NCBI GenBank assembly: GCA_046757025.1
Contig: JBHHXN010000008.1
Location: forward strand, 1 to 64,000
Direction: 5' to 3'
DNA: 64,000 nucleotides
Source of the DNA: a bacterium
Lineage (GTDB): Bacteria > Zhuqueibacterota > Zhuqueibacteria > Oceanimicrobiales > Oceanimicrobiaceae
Below the pieces are notes generated by a model. The model did no database searches. It had not been told where the DNA came from and saw only the letters and a list, made by a program, of their open reading frames with translations. Position 1 is the first letter of the stretch; each line of letters opens with the position of its first letter. A program made the translations under genes and the position numbers. Shown piece by piece: positions 48,301 to 58,400 of the stretch.

Positions 48301-48777
48301 TGTGCGCAAATTTTGGAAAAAAATCTAACCGATTACGGTTTCGACATCACGTCCACCGCTGATAAATTGGCCAATTTTCAGGCGGTGGAAAACACCTACC
48401 TTTCCACGTTTCAAACCCTCGGCGGCCTGGGCTTGCTGCTGGGAACTTTGGGTCTGGGATTGATTCTCATCCGCAACGTGGTGGAACGTCGGGGCGAGCT
48501 GGCGACCCTGCGAGCGTTCGGCTATCGCCACCGGACGCTGGCTTTCATGGTGCTCGCTGAAAACGGTTTCCTGCTCATCCTGGGAATCGGCATGGGAACC
48601 TTTTCCGCCGTGATTGCGGTGTTGCCCCACATCTGGAGCCGCGCTTCGCAGGTGCCCTATCTTTCTCTTGCGATCATCCTGATAGCGGTTTTTAGCGTGG
48701 GCATGTTGGCCAGCCTGGGAGCGGTGCGCGCGGCGTTAAAAATCCCACTGCTCCCTGCTTTGAAAGTGGAAGGGTAG
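45364..48777 (+). CDS. Large FtsX/MacB-like ABC permease (two permease halves)
   Basis: Overlaps ATPase 3' end; ERRVREIGTL...G and ERRGELATLRAFG FtsX motifs; large periplasmic domains. Confidence 0.88.
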   Translation: MRRSLAYYWRLNLAVVLAAAVATAVLTGALLVGDSVRGSLRDLTLARLGEIDYVLVRQKFLREDLLLDLIQSVGFEKQFDAIASAIFLNGNALHTQSRARASNVNLLAIDEQFLTFYASDSILTHLSAGLKKSAGQNMPSIVINRSLQKELQAKPGDHLLISFPRPSTVARGSLMGRKHTDEVVETVRVIITRVLPDRGVARFGLHPHQTMPLNAFISLPVLQTILPRQDEVNALLLSQRSNTTESDLSAALQHHLSSALTLDDLDLKMTEQETFLLLESRESLLAPPLEELIATVAEDIAAPVLPILTYLANSMRVRERRLPYSTVSALQVSEIPAFGEWTLVNGKPVTELSDDEILLNEWAAHDLRAQPGDKIHIQYYEVGPADQLITNQATFNLKGIVALKGFAVDSTLTPDYPGISDTDDMTEWDPPFAIDLNLIRPVDEAYWDHYRAIPKAFIPAATGEKLWGSRFGKVTSMRIAPAESLDVVETRAVFEKRLLETVRPEQFDYVFQPVKKQGLASSAGATDFSGLFFGFSLFLIVSAALLVGLMFRLGVERRVREIGTLLSVGFSVKMVRKQFLLEGAILAATGAVLGLGGAVFYAGLLMHGLRTWWLSAIGAPFLFLHVQILSLALGASISLTVNLVAIWLSFRKLSKVPPPALLAGVTTEERFSPARRWTKMISLVNLILSVSLTVAAFFVDASAATGLFFGAGAILLIASLSYFSIWLRSPHSTVGWNTGRAPMVRLSFRNTHRNPGRSLLSAALVASACFVIVAVEAFRLDFDQEVLQKDSGAGGFTLAAKADVPLHHDLSTATGRFELGFSDEESQYLQRSHIYACRYLPGDDASCLNLYRVEKPRLLGVPDEFIQRGGFRFQALASSPNDEQNNPWQLLNREIAPDVIPAFGDYNSVKWILHSGLGKDLILTDELGSKIKLRFMGLLQKSIFQSELLISENLFLKHFPNQSGYAYFLMETPPSESDKCAQILEKNLTDYGFDITSTADKLANFQAVENTYLSTFQTLGGLGLLLGTLGLGLILIRNVVERRGELATLRAFGYRHRTLAFMVLAENGFLLILGIGMGTFSAVIAVLPHIWSRASQVPYLSLAIILIAVFSVGMLASLGAVRAALKIPLLPALKVEG

Positions 48778-48890
48778 TTTAAGCCTGATGAAACAGTCCA
48801 GAAATAAATCAGATGCCGGATTCGTGGAGGGAGGGAGAAAAGGAATCGTACTAAATTTGAAAAATTAATGAATTTCAGCCGCAATTTATT

Positions 48891-49038
48891 TAACCTGACT
48901 AATTCACAACTTCGTTGTCATTCAGGAGGAATCCTTTTAATTAACAGCAGTTTACTTTAATAAAAAGACTCCTCCTGAGTGACAACCGGATTTATGACCA
49001 ATGACCATAAACCGTGAATTTGGGAATTGATCAGGTTA
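48891..49038. repeat. Inverted-repeat-bounded element containing the family B hairpin
   Basis: TAACCTGACTAATTCACAA ... TTGGGAATTGATCAGGTTA ends; inner GTCATTCAGGAGGAATC...GACTCCTCCTGAGTGAC 48917-48983; lies between convergent genes. Confidence 0.55.
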
Positions 49039-49104
49039 AAGAAATCTCTACGCCGTCCGGCCTTTGCGTTAAAAGATAAAATCGATCAGTCGAATTTCAC
49101 AGAA

Positions 49105-51519
49105 TCAGTACTGCAGATCTAATCCCAGAATAAAATTGCGGCCGGGGGCATTGAACCCGCTGAGATGCTCGCGGTAGTTGCGGTCGAAAATGTTTGCCAC
49201 CGCTATTTTCAGACTGATTTTTTGGGAAATCGGCACCTCGGAACGGAAAGTCAGTGTGAACCATCCTAAAGACCCGCCTTCGGGAATACGCAGATCCAGT
49301 TGGTCTTCTGCTGACAGCCGGCTCTGAGCGGAAGAAAATCTCGAATGCAGCTCAGCCCAGAAGTGTTGTCGTTGCCATCGAATTCCCAACAAACCGTTCA
49401 GTGGGGGGATGGCGGACAGGGGCTCGGAATCGGAGACGTTCTGACCGTAAGTGTAGCTGAGATTCCCAAAGAGGAGGAGCTCTGGATTGACGCGATAATT
49501 AAAATTTGCAGCCATGCCCGCGGTGTAGGCTTTGCCGGCATTCTCTTTATGAAAAACGAGCAGCGTATCGCCACCATCCACGACGAAAGCCGAGCCGTTA
49601 AATTGGGCGGGCTTGCGGATGAGTAGATCGGTGACATAGTTGTAATAACCAAAGAGGTTGCCTTCCAGTTGGCCAGAATGGAATTTCAAACCCAGATCCA
49701 AACTCAAAGTTTTTTCGGGTCCCGCGTCGGGATTGGGCACGTCGTAGAAGCTGGCGCCTTTGCCCGGGCCCAGTTTGGAGACGTCGTCCAGGTTGGGCGT
49801 GCGAAATCCCTGGGCCAGATTGAACGACAATTTCAAGTTTTCGTTGACAGAGAATTGCGAACCGAGACTACCCGTAAAAGCCGTGGTGGTTTGCTCGATG
49901 GTGCCAAAATCAACATCGCGATCGAATTCTTCGGCAAACGGCGCTTTTAGTTGGGCTGCGCTGAACCTTCCGCCCACGAAGACCTGCCAGCGTTTTAGCG
50001 GCTGAAATGAATCTTGAACGAACAAACCGTAGTTGAGAAAAGAGGAGCCGTCTGGAAATAACGGGGTCGTTGTGACTTGTTCTGTGGTCTGAGTATTCAG
50101 AGAGTAGGATTTGCTGGAAACCTTGTCGAAATAGATTTCAGAACCATAAACAAGATGATGGTGCTCTGCGAGAATTTTATTGAATTCCACCTGCAAACCC
50201 GTGGTCCACGTCTGAAATTGATCCGCCGTTTGTTTTTCGCTGCCAAATGTTTGCCGTCGTCTGAGTTCGAACTGTCGGTGGAAAGAAAGCGTGGCTTTGA
50301 CGTTGTTGAAAAACTTATTTCCGTTTTGATTGAAATACTGAATATAAGCCAGATCGCGCTCTTGCGGATCGAACAGCCGGATAGAATCTTTCCGGGCTTC
50401 CACCACGTCGTAGCGCGGTACAGCACTTTGGCGGTTGAGCTGATAAGCCAGCATGAGCTGCTGCGTTTCGGACAGGTTCAGCAACACTTTCGAATTCAAA
50501 CCAAAGGCATCGTAATCGTTGGGAGACTGGGTTTTGTTTAACACACGCTGGGTGCGGGAATCGTTTTGCAGTCGCCGCATTAGCGTTTCGCCCCCCTGGC
50601 TGCCTCGGGTAATGTTGCCAAACGAACTGAAATATCCCTCCAGCAGCACACCGAATTTTGAGTTGGCGCTCATGAGAGAAAGATGCGTGTTCTGGGTGTG
50701 GTCGGCGGTGGACAACCCGCCGCTCACCGCGCCGCGGAAATGGTAGCCCCCTTCGCTGTTCAAGATCGGCTGTCTGGTCATGACGTTGATGGCGCCCCCC
50801 AGCGCATCGCTGCCGTACATGACTGAAATCGGCCCGTGCACGATTTCCACCTTTTCGATGGCCCGAGAAGCCACTGTGTTGAGATACTGAATATTCCCAC
50901 CGCGGTACGTGGCATTGTTCATACGGATGCCGTCCACTAAAAACAGCAGTTTGTTGGCTTTCAGTCCGCGAATGATGGGCGAGCCGCCGCCTTGGTTGGT
51001 TTTCTGCACCACCACGCCCACCTCTTCCCGCAGCAGCTCGGGCGTTTGTGCCTGATTCCGTTTTTGAATGGCCTCCGCCCCGACTATGGAAACCAGCTGC
51101 GGCACTTCAAAAGCGCGGTTGCGGTGACGGGTTGCAGTGAACAGCACCTCGTCAAATTCAATGACTTGGGTAGTCATGCTGATCTGAAATTCCAGGGTTT
51201 CGTCCGGACTGATCAGGATGTCTTTTTTGTGCTGGGTCTGGTAGCCCTGGATTTTGAACGTCAGATCATAACGCCCCGGCGGTATCTTTTCGATCTGAAA
51301 CTCGCCGGCTGAGTTGGTGACGTCACCGCGATTGATGGATTCGATAAACACCTGAACATGCGCCAGCGGCGATCGGCTGTTTTTATCGAGCACCTGCCCG
51401 ATGATTTTCGCCGTGTGCGTGTCTTCTGAAAAGACCTGAAAAGGAGATATCAAAAGTGACAGCAAGAACAGCATATCGTGAAAGTGGCGGTTATGCGGTA
51501 AACGCTGTAATAGTTTCAT
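49105..51519 (-). CDS. TonB-dependent receptor with N-terminal carboxypeptidase-regulatory-like domain
   Basis: GQVLD...PL...V....G..T...G.F.I..IPPG.Y; SPIIRG...LFLVDGIR; YGSDALGG.IN; GFRTPNLDD; NIFDRNY...PGRN; terminal Y. Confidence 0.92.
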   Translation of the reverse strand: MKLLQRLPHNRHFHDMLFLLSLLISPFQVFSEDTHTAKIIGQVLDKNSRSPLAHVQVFIESINRGDVTNSAGEFQIEKIPPGRYDLTFKIQGYQTQHKKDILISPDETLEFQISMTTQVIEFDEVLFTATRHRNRAFEVPQLVSIVGAEAIQKRNQAQTPELLREEVGVVVQKTNQGGGSPIIRGLKANKLLFLVDGIRMNNATYRGGNIQYLNTVASRAIEKVEIVHGPISVMYGSDALGGAINVMTRQPILNSEGGYHFRGAVSGGLSTADHTQNTHLSLMSANSKFGVLLEGYFSSFGNITRGSQGGETLMRRLQNDSRTQRVLNKTQSPNDYDAFGLNSKVLLNLSETQQLMLAYQLNRQSAVPRYDVVEARKDSIRLFDPQERDLAYIQYFNQNGNKFFNNVKATLSFHRQFELRRRQTFGSEKQTADQFQTWTTGLQVEFNKILAEHHHLVYGSEIYFDKVSSKSYSLNTQTTEQVTTTPLFPDGSSFLNYGLFVQDSFQPLKRWQVFVGGRFSAAQLKAPFAEEFDRDVDFGTIEQTTTAFTGSLGSQFSVNENLKLSFNLAQGFRTPNLDDVSKLGPGKGASFYDVPNPDAGPEKTLSLDLGLKFHSGQLEGNLFGYYNYVTDLLIRKPAQFNGSAFVVDGGDTLLVFHKENAGKAYTAGMAANFNYRVNPELLLFGNLSYTYGQNVSDSEPLSAIPPLNGLLGIRWQRQHFWAELHSRFSSAQSRLSAEDQLDLRIPEGGSLGWFTLTFRSEVPISQKISLKIAVANIFDRNYREHLSGFNAPGRNFILGLDLQY

Positions 51520-51806
51520 GATTCAAAGTTTAACAAAAAGTTTGACCGTTTCCAGATGTGTTGGGATTATCAAGAATAAATTACCCCAAATGACCGTATG
51601 GTAAAATACAAAATATCTAAAACAATTCAAATAATAAAATGCTTATATTTAAGGTTTTAGTTTCGCTTTGAAACAAAGTGGTTAGCAGTTTTATATGACC
51701 TTGTCGTCATCACAGTAAAAAGGTGAGAAAAACAAAACGCACTCACGCAAAGCTAACTAATTCAAGAATGATTCCAATCATTCTTCAAAGTAAAGTTATG
51801 GAGTAT

Positions 51807-53147
51807 CTAAAAGAAAGTATGAAACACGTCTTTCAATCCCAGGGCCAGAATGACCGCGATGCCCACCGGAATGACGTATTTGCTCCAGTAAAACCAGAAT
51901 CGCCCCAGGGGCGTGCCGGAGTTGCCCTTGTTGGCCTCCAAAAGCGTTTTGCGCAAACCCACCATGTAGGTGAGTCCGAGCAGCACCAGGGCGCTGCCGA
52001 TTGGCTGCATGGTAGAGCCCCAGATGAGATCGTTTTTGAGTAAAAAGTCCAGACTGTTCATGGAAACGGTTGCCAGAGCTAATTCAACAGCACCCAACAA
52101 AAGGATGGCCTTTTTTCGCGTCCAATTTAATTCATCCACCAAAGTGGTAATCAACACTTCGAATGCGGCGACGTTGGAAAGAAAAGCGGCGATGAACAAA
52201 AGCGCAAAGAACAGCGCGGCAAAAACCACTCCGCCGGAAAGGTTGTTGAAAATACTGGGTACGATGATAAAGGTCAGGGAGGGCCCGCTGTCCAGCTCGA
52301 GGCCGAAAGTAAAAGCTGCCGGCACGATGACCAGACCGGCAAAAACCGCAGCTAGCCCATCTCCCAAACCCGTTGAAATAGCGTTCAATTTGATGTTAGA
52401 ATGGTCCGGCAAATAGCTGGCGTAGGTCAATAGAAAGGTGCCGCCCAAACTCAGAGAGAAAAAAACCTGTCCCAGGGCCGCGGCGGTGACCGAAAAATCG
52501 ATTTTGCTGAAATCCGGCCACAGGTAAAATTTTAAACCTTCAGCGGCGCCGGGAGTGGAAAGCGTGCGTACCATCAAGATCAGGAAAATCAAAAATAACA
52601 GCGGAATGGCCCATTTGCTGACCTTTTCCACTCCGCGTTTGATGCCCCAATAGAGCACCACCATCGCCAGAAAGATGACCACAGCCGTGGTTTGAAATTG
52701 CCCCCAGAACCCGCCGAGAACGGCGTCAAAAAACGGCGCCGGTTGAATGTGCGAGATTTTGCCATTCAGGGAAATAAAAAAATATTTCAGCACCCAGCCG
52801 ACCACCACCGAGTAGTAGGAGGTGGCCATGAACACCGTGAAGAACAGCAGCCAGCCCACAAACTTACCACCGCGCATGGCGATTTGTGTGAAAGCGCCCA
52901 GCGGTCCGCGCCGGGTCATTCGGCCCAGAGTGAGCTCGGCCATCAGGGCCGGAATGCCAAACACGCTGAGCAGTAAAAAATATACGATCAAAAACGCGCC
53001 GCCGCCAAATGCCGCGGCCATGTACGGAAAGCGCCAGACATTGCCCAGGCCCACGGCCACCCCTATGAAGCTCATGGCGATGCCAAAAGCGGAGCCGAAT
53101 TTTTGCCGGGTGGCTCGATCTGAGGCGGCTTCTTTTTGTTTTTCCAT
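51807..53147 (-). CDS. Sodium-dependent transporter (NSS/SNF family)
   Basis: G.AVGLGNVWRFPY...GGGAFL, GIKRGVEK, GQVFFSLSLG, GP.L.F. Confidence 0.92.
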   Translation of the reverse strand: MEKQKEAASDRATRQKFGSAFGIAMSFIGVAVGLGNVWRFPYMAAAFGGGAFLIVYFLLLSVFGIPALMAELTLGRMTRRGPLGAFTQIAMRGGKFVGWLLFFTVFMATSYYSVVVGWVLKYFFISLNGKISHIQPAPFFDAVLGGFWGQFQTTAVVIFLAMVVLYWGIKRGVEKVSKWAIPLLFLIFLILMVRTLSTPGAAEGLKFYLWPDFSKIDFSVTAAALGQVFFSLSLGGTFLLTYASYLPDHSNIKLNAISTGLGDGLAAVFAGLVIVPAAFTFGLELDSGPSLTFIIVPSIFNNLSGGVVFAALFFALLFIAAFLSNVAAFEVLITTLVDELNWTRKKAILLLGAVELALATVSMNSLDFLLKNDLIWGSTMQPIGSALVLLGLTYMVGLRKTLLEANKGNSGTPLGRFWFYWSKYVIPVGIAVILALGLKDVFHTFF

Positions 53148-53178
53148 CTGCTAATTGAACGGGGTTAAATTGGCTCGG

Positions 53179-54336
53179 TCAACTGAATACACCGCCGGGT
53201 TGTCGGATGATTTTTGATATTTCCATCAAAACTTGTTCGATGTCTTCCAGGGTGGTAAAAAAATGCGGCGCGATTCGGATGACCTCGCCCCGTGCCGAAG
53301 CGATGATGTTTCTTTCTTTGAGCAAGGATTCGACTTTGTGCGGGTTTGGCACTTTGATGGCCGTGATGGCGCCTTTTTCGGCGAGATTTTCTGGGCCGGC
53401 GTATTCCAGACCCAACTGCCGGGCGCATGCCACAGTAAAATCCGACAGGGTCCGAATTCGGGCTTCGATGTTCTGGCTGCCGACTTCGTTGATGATTTGC
53501 ATGCCGGCCCGTGCCGCGTAGGCGGTGATCAGCGACGGCGTGCCCGTTTCAAAGCGGCGGCTGTCGTTTGCGAAACTAAGATATTTGCTGTCAAAGGCAA
53601 ACGGATCGGCCTGACCAAACCAACCGGTGAGCGCCGGCCGCAACGATTCCACCAGCTCATTTTTTACGTAAAGAAAGGCGATGCCGGGAATCCCCAGCAA
53701 ATATTTCAGATTACCGCTGATCAGGAAGTCGATATCCATTTTTCGAACGTCCACCTGACAGACGCCCAGCGATTGGTAAGCATCCACGAACAACCAGGCT
53801 CCCCGCTGGTGCACGATTTCTGCGATTTTTTGCAGATCCTGTTTGAATCCGTTCTGGTAGTAAATGTGCGTGGCCGATGCGAGTAACGTGGTTTCATCCA
53901 CGTGGTCGCGATAGGCTTGCAGGGGGATGCGGCCATTTTGCAGAGGCAGGTGCGCCACCTGCAGGCCGTATTTTTGATGCGCCAGCCAGACCAGCACCAC
54001 TGTGGGAAATTCGGCTTCGGTGGTGACCACTTTGTTGCGCCGTCCGCTCAAATTTAGTGCGCTGGCCACGGACGCGGTGGCCGCGGAGGCGGAGGTGGAA
54101 AGGGCAATTTCGTCCGCTTCGGCGTGGATGAGTCTGGCAAATTCCTGTTTGGCTTTGAAGACTTCTTCCAGCCAGAGCTCCCAATCCATGCCGGCTGTCT
54201 GCCAGCTTTTCAGGTACGCGTCAATCGACTCACGAACCCGTTTGGACTGCGGACCCTGGGAGCAGTTTGCCACGTGAATTTTCTGCGCCAGAATCGGAAA
54301 CTCCTGCCGCCAGTTTAAGATTTGTTCTTCGGTCAT
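53179..54336 (-). CDS. Aminotransferase class V-fold PLP enzyme (kynureninase-like)
   Basis: R.EFPIL, EFPT, VDAYQSLG, SGNLKYLLG.PG (PLP Lys), GWFG, RFETGTP, IRIAPHFF. Confidence 0.85.
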   Translation of the reverse strand: MTEEQILNWRQEFPILAQKIHVANCSQGPQSKRVRESIDAYLKSWQTAGMDWELWLEEVFKAKQEFARLIHAEADEIALSTSASAATASVASALNLSGRRNKVVTTEAEFPTVVLVWLAHQKYGLQVAHLPLQNGRIPLQAYRDHVDETTLLASATHIYYQNGFKQDLQKIAEIVHQRGAWLFVDAYQSLGVCQVDVRKMDIDFLISGNLKYLLGIPGIAFLYVKNELVESLRPALTGWFGQADPFAFDSKYLSFANDSRRFETGTPSLITAYAARAGMQIINEVGSQNIEARIRTLSDFTVACARQLGLEYAGPENLAEKGAITAIKVPNPHKVESLLKERNIIASARGEVIRIAPHFFTTLEDIEQVLMEISKIIRQPGGVFS

Positions 54337-54587
54337 GATGGTCGTGTTTAAAGGCTTAAGGTCTGTATTTAAAATGGCAAAATAGAGAGTTGCAAGGATA
54401 TTTGCAAGGGATATTTCAAATGAATACCAGATTTAACAGTATCAATATATTGGAGCAGTATTTTTAAAATCATACGAGATGTAGTTTTTCTTGACTTTTT
54501 GAAAGGATTTCTTAAATTATATTGAACTGTCCTTTGCATGCGCAAATCCATGAACGCATCGAATCCCAATCCACAATAGCTGAATAA

Positions 54588-55460
54588 ATGAGCACTCTGA
54601 CATTCTCTGGCCATGAAACCTTTCACTGCCGACATTTTTGGTTAAAAAAGGGCTACGATTTCTTGATAAACAATCACCGCTTTGTAAATGATACAGCCGT
54701 TGTGGAGTTGGGTGTTGGCAAAAACATGGTGACAGCGATAAGGTACTGGTTGCGAGCTTTTGAAATCATAGATGAAAGAGACGAACCACAAAAAATCGCA
54801 AATTATTTTTTTGCAAATGATGGTAGAGATCCGTATTTAGAAAACAATGGGACACTTTGGCTTTTTCACTATTTGCTGGTTACTCGTGCTAGAGCCTCGA
54901 TTTATTCTCTGGTATTTAATGAATTCAGAAAAGAGAGAATTGAATTCAACAAGGAACACCTGAATTCGTTCATTAAAAGAAAATGTGAAGAAAACAGCCA
55001 CGCTTATAATACAAATACCATTAAGAATGACATCAATGTTTTTTTGAAGACTTATATTAGACCTCAGAAAAATACAAAAAATATTGAGGATGACTTCTCG
55101 GGTTTGCTGATTGATCTGGATTTATTGCAGCGTTTAGATGGATTTGAGTCAGATTCAGGATCCGGGTTTAAGATAGAAAGTAAAGAGCGGCAAGAAATTC
55201 CAACCGAAATCTTCCTGTTTTCCCTGCTTGATAACGACCAATATGGGAATTCGATTTCTTTTAACGAACTTCTGAATGGTTACAACAGTGTAGGGATGGT
55301 TTATGCCATGAATGCGAGTGGTCTGATGGCAAAAATCGAAGATGTAATCAGCAAATTTCTAGGAGTCACTTTTACAGAGGATGCTGGTTTAAGAGAATTA
55401 CAATTTAAAGAAAAACCGGATAAATGGGAAATTCTAAATCTTTATTACCATGAAAACTAA
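54588..55460 (+). CDS. sspB: DUF4007 family protein, SspB-like
   Basis: FSGHETF.CR..WLKKG, LGVGKNMV.AIRYWL, DPYLE...TLWL.HY; first gene of a DUF4007-ATPase-PAPS reductase trio. Confidence 0.8.
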   Translation: MSTLTFSGHETFHCRHFWLKKGYDFLINNHRFVNDTAVVELGVGKNMVTAIRYWLRAFEIIDERDEPQKIANYFFANDGRDPYLENNGTLWLFHYLLVTRARASIYSLVFNEFRKERIEFNKEHLNSFIKRKCEENSHAYNTNTIKNDINVFLKTYIRPQKNTKNIEDDFSGLLIDLDLLQRLDGFESDSGSGFKIESKERQEIPTEIFLFSLLDNDQYGNSISFNELLNGYNSVGMVYAMNASGLMAKIEDVISKFLGVTFTEDAGLRELQFKEKPDKWEILNLYYHEN

Positions 55461-58400
55461 TTTTAGTCCTTCGATCAATATTATCAGAGACATCGACAAG
55501 GATTTCAACTATATTCCCACTCCAAATGCTCACCGCATCTTCAAGCAAATAATAAGCGACTTCAAAGTAGGGATTCACTCATTCAATATTATTGGTTCCT
55601 ACGGTACCGGTAAATCTGCTTTCCTACTTGCTTTCGAAAAAACGCTCAATGGTGATAAAACTTATTTCGAACCCATTGACGGTCAACTCAATGGATTGAG
55701 AAATTTTCGTATTTTAAATCTAGTAGGGAAGTATGATTCCATACTTAAGACTTTTGCGGATTATTTGAACGTTAACCAAGGAGTGTGGTCCACAGATATA
55801 ATATTTGACAAGCTCGACGCTTACTATCAAGAAGCACAAAGCAAAAATGTGTTACTGGTTATTGTCATTGACGAGTTCGGCAAATTCTTGGAGTACGCCG
55901 CGGTACATAATCCAGAAAAGGAACTTTATTTCATTCAACAGCTTGCTGAATATGCAGCCGACAAGAACATCATTTTTATCACGACGCTACATCAGAGTTT
56001 TGGTTCTTACTCCCAGCGTCTGTATAGAAATCAGCAGCAAGAGTGGGAGAAGGTTAAGGGACGGCTCAAAGAGCTAACCTTTAATGAGCCAGTTGAGCAG
56101 CTCTTGTTTCTTGCGGCTCGCCAAATTGAAAGCAAGAACAGATTTGAGACAAATGCCAATATACCCGAATTAATCGAAATAGTAAAAGCCTCAGATGCTT
56201 TCCCTCTCCAAGGCGACCTATCGTTAGAGTTAGCTAAGGAACTCTTTCCTTTAGATATTGTCTCCGCTGCGGTTTTAACTTTAGCGCTTCAGAAATACGG
56301 CCAAAACGAGCGTTCTCTGTTTACATTTCTAGAATCAAACGAATATCGAGGCATAAATGACTTCGATGACCGGAATAGTCCGTTCTACAACCTGAGCAAT
56401 GTTTTCGATTACTTATTGCATAACTATTATTCGTTTCTCTCAACTAAATATAATCCTCACTACGTGCAGTGGTCTGCAATCAAGAAAGCCATTGAACGAG
56501 TTGAAGGTCATTTCGATAAGGAACTCAGGGATGCGTTAAAGTTAGTTAAGACCATTGGCTTACTCAACATCTTTGGAAAAGAGTCAGCGAGACTTAACTT
56601 AGATTTCCTTTCAGCGTACGCACGGATCTGTCTTGGGGTAGAGGATCCGAAGTCAGTTCTTAATAAGTTAGCATCTAAGAAAATCATTCGGTATGTAAAG
56701 TTCAAAAACAAGTTCGTTTTGTTTGAAGGGACCGACTTAGATATCGAATTAGCCATATCAGAAGCTTCTAACAAAATTGAACCAATAGGCGAAATAGTTT
56801 CTGCACTTAGAAAGTACTTTGCTTTCCCATACATCTCTGCCAAAGCTGTCCACTACAAATATGGCACCCCTCGCTTTTTTAAATTTGAATTGTCAGAACA
56901 GCCGATTGACAAAGTCCCTGTCGGTGAGGTGGACGGAATCATTAATCTTATTTTTTCTGAAAAGCTTTCAGAACAAGACATAATCGAATTTTCGCAGAAA
57001 GTAGAGCAGGCCATCTTATTTGGGTTTTATAGAAATACGAAGTCAATTAAGGAGATTCTGTCAGAAATCGAGAAAATAAGATATGTGATAAACTCAATTG
57101 CAGACGACAGAGTGGCTTTTAGAGAATTAAAAAACGCGCTTTCCCATCAAATAGAGCAATTGAACGCTCAGGTTCTCAACAAACTTTATTCAAAAGACGA
57201 TGATGTGATGTGGTTTTTCAACGGTGCGAAAATACATATAGCAAACAGAACAGAGTTTAACAGTTGGCTTTCGAAGATTTGTGGACAAGTTTATGACGCT
57301 ACGCCGGTATTTCAAAATGAGCTGGTGAATCGACATAGGCTTTCATCTTCCATAACTTTAGCCAGGAAGAACTTCTTTCAGGCGCTGCTGAACAACTGGG
57401 AGATACCAGATCTCGGTTTGCCGAAAGACAAGTTTCCAGCCGAGAAAACCATCTACTTCACGCTGATCAAAAGAACCGGAATTCACCAGGGGAAAAATGG
57501 TAAATACTTTCTTTCGTACCCGCAAGAAGAATCTTTCCGAGAACTTTGGCAGAAGAGCCAGGAATTCCTAAATAGTGCGAAAGTCAGCCGGAAGAGTCTA
57601 TCGGAGTTTGAGGAAATGCTGGCTGCAAAGCCTTTCAAACTCAAACACGGCTTTATTGAGTTTTGGTTGCCGCTATTCTTGTTCATCAAGAAGGACGATT
57701 TTGCACTTTTCGGCGAGAATGGTTACATTCCCTTTCTCACGCCCGAAGTCATCGAATTGATCATCAAGAAGCCCCACAAGTTTCAGATAAAAACGTTTGA
57801 CGTCACCGGAATCAAACTGGATCTGTTTAACAAATATCGGACGCTACTGCAGAAGCACAGCGAGAACCGTTTTTCGAACCAGAGTTTTATCGACACGATC
57901 AGACCTTTTCTTACGTTTTACAAAGAACTGCCGCAGTACACGCGCAAGACGAAAAGACTATCGAAACCCGCCGCAGCTCTACGAGAAGCCATCGAAAATG
58001 CCACGGACCCTGAGAAGACTTTTTTTGAGAATTTTCCAAGAGCTTTGGGTTATGCGAATGTAGATTTGCGTGAGGACGACAGCCTTCTGGAGGATTTTAT
58101 TGTTCAGCTCCAAAATGCCATCAGGGAATTGAGAGGCTGTTTCGACAGTCTGGTAGACCGCGTTGAAGCGCATTTTTTGCAGGAGCTTGATTGCGCAAAT
58201 CTGCCTTTTCCAGAATACAAGAACGAAATAGAAAAACGCTACCGATCTCTCAAGCGACATTTGTTGCTGCCTCATCAGAAAACGTTTTATGTTAGATTGC
58301 AATCGGAATTAGAAGATCGGAGGGCGTGGATTAATTCGCTCGTTCACGCTGTGATTGGCAAGACTTTGGACACGCTCAAAGACGAGGAAGAAGAAATCGT

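Noticed and set aside
53179..54336. Class V PLP gene divergent from sspB as the missing SspA cysteine desulfurase
   Set aside because: No SGSAC or RxGHHC catalytic Cys loop; host-like composition; operonic with the NSS transporter
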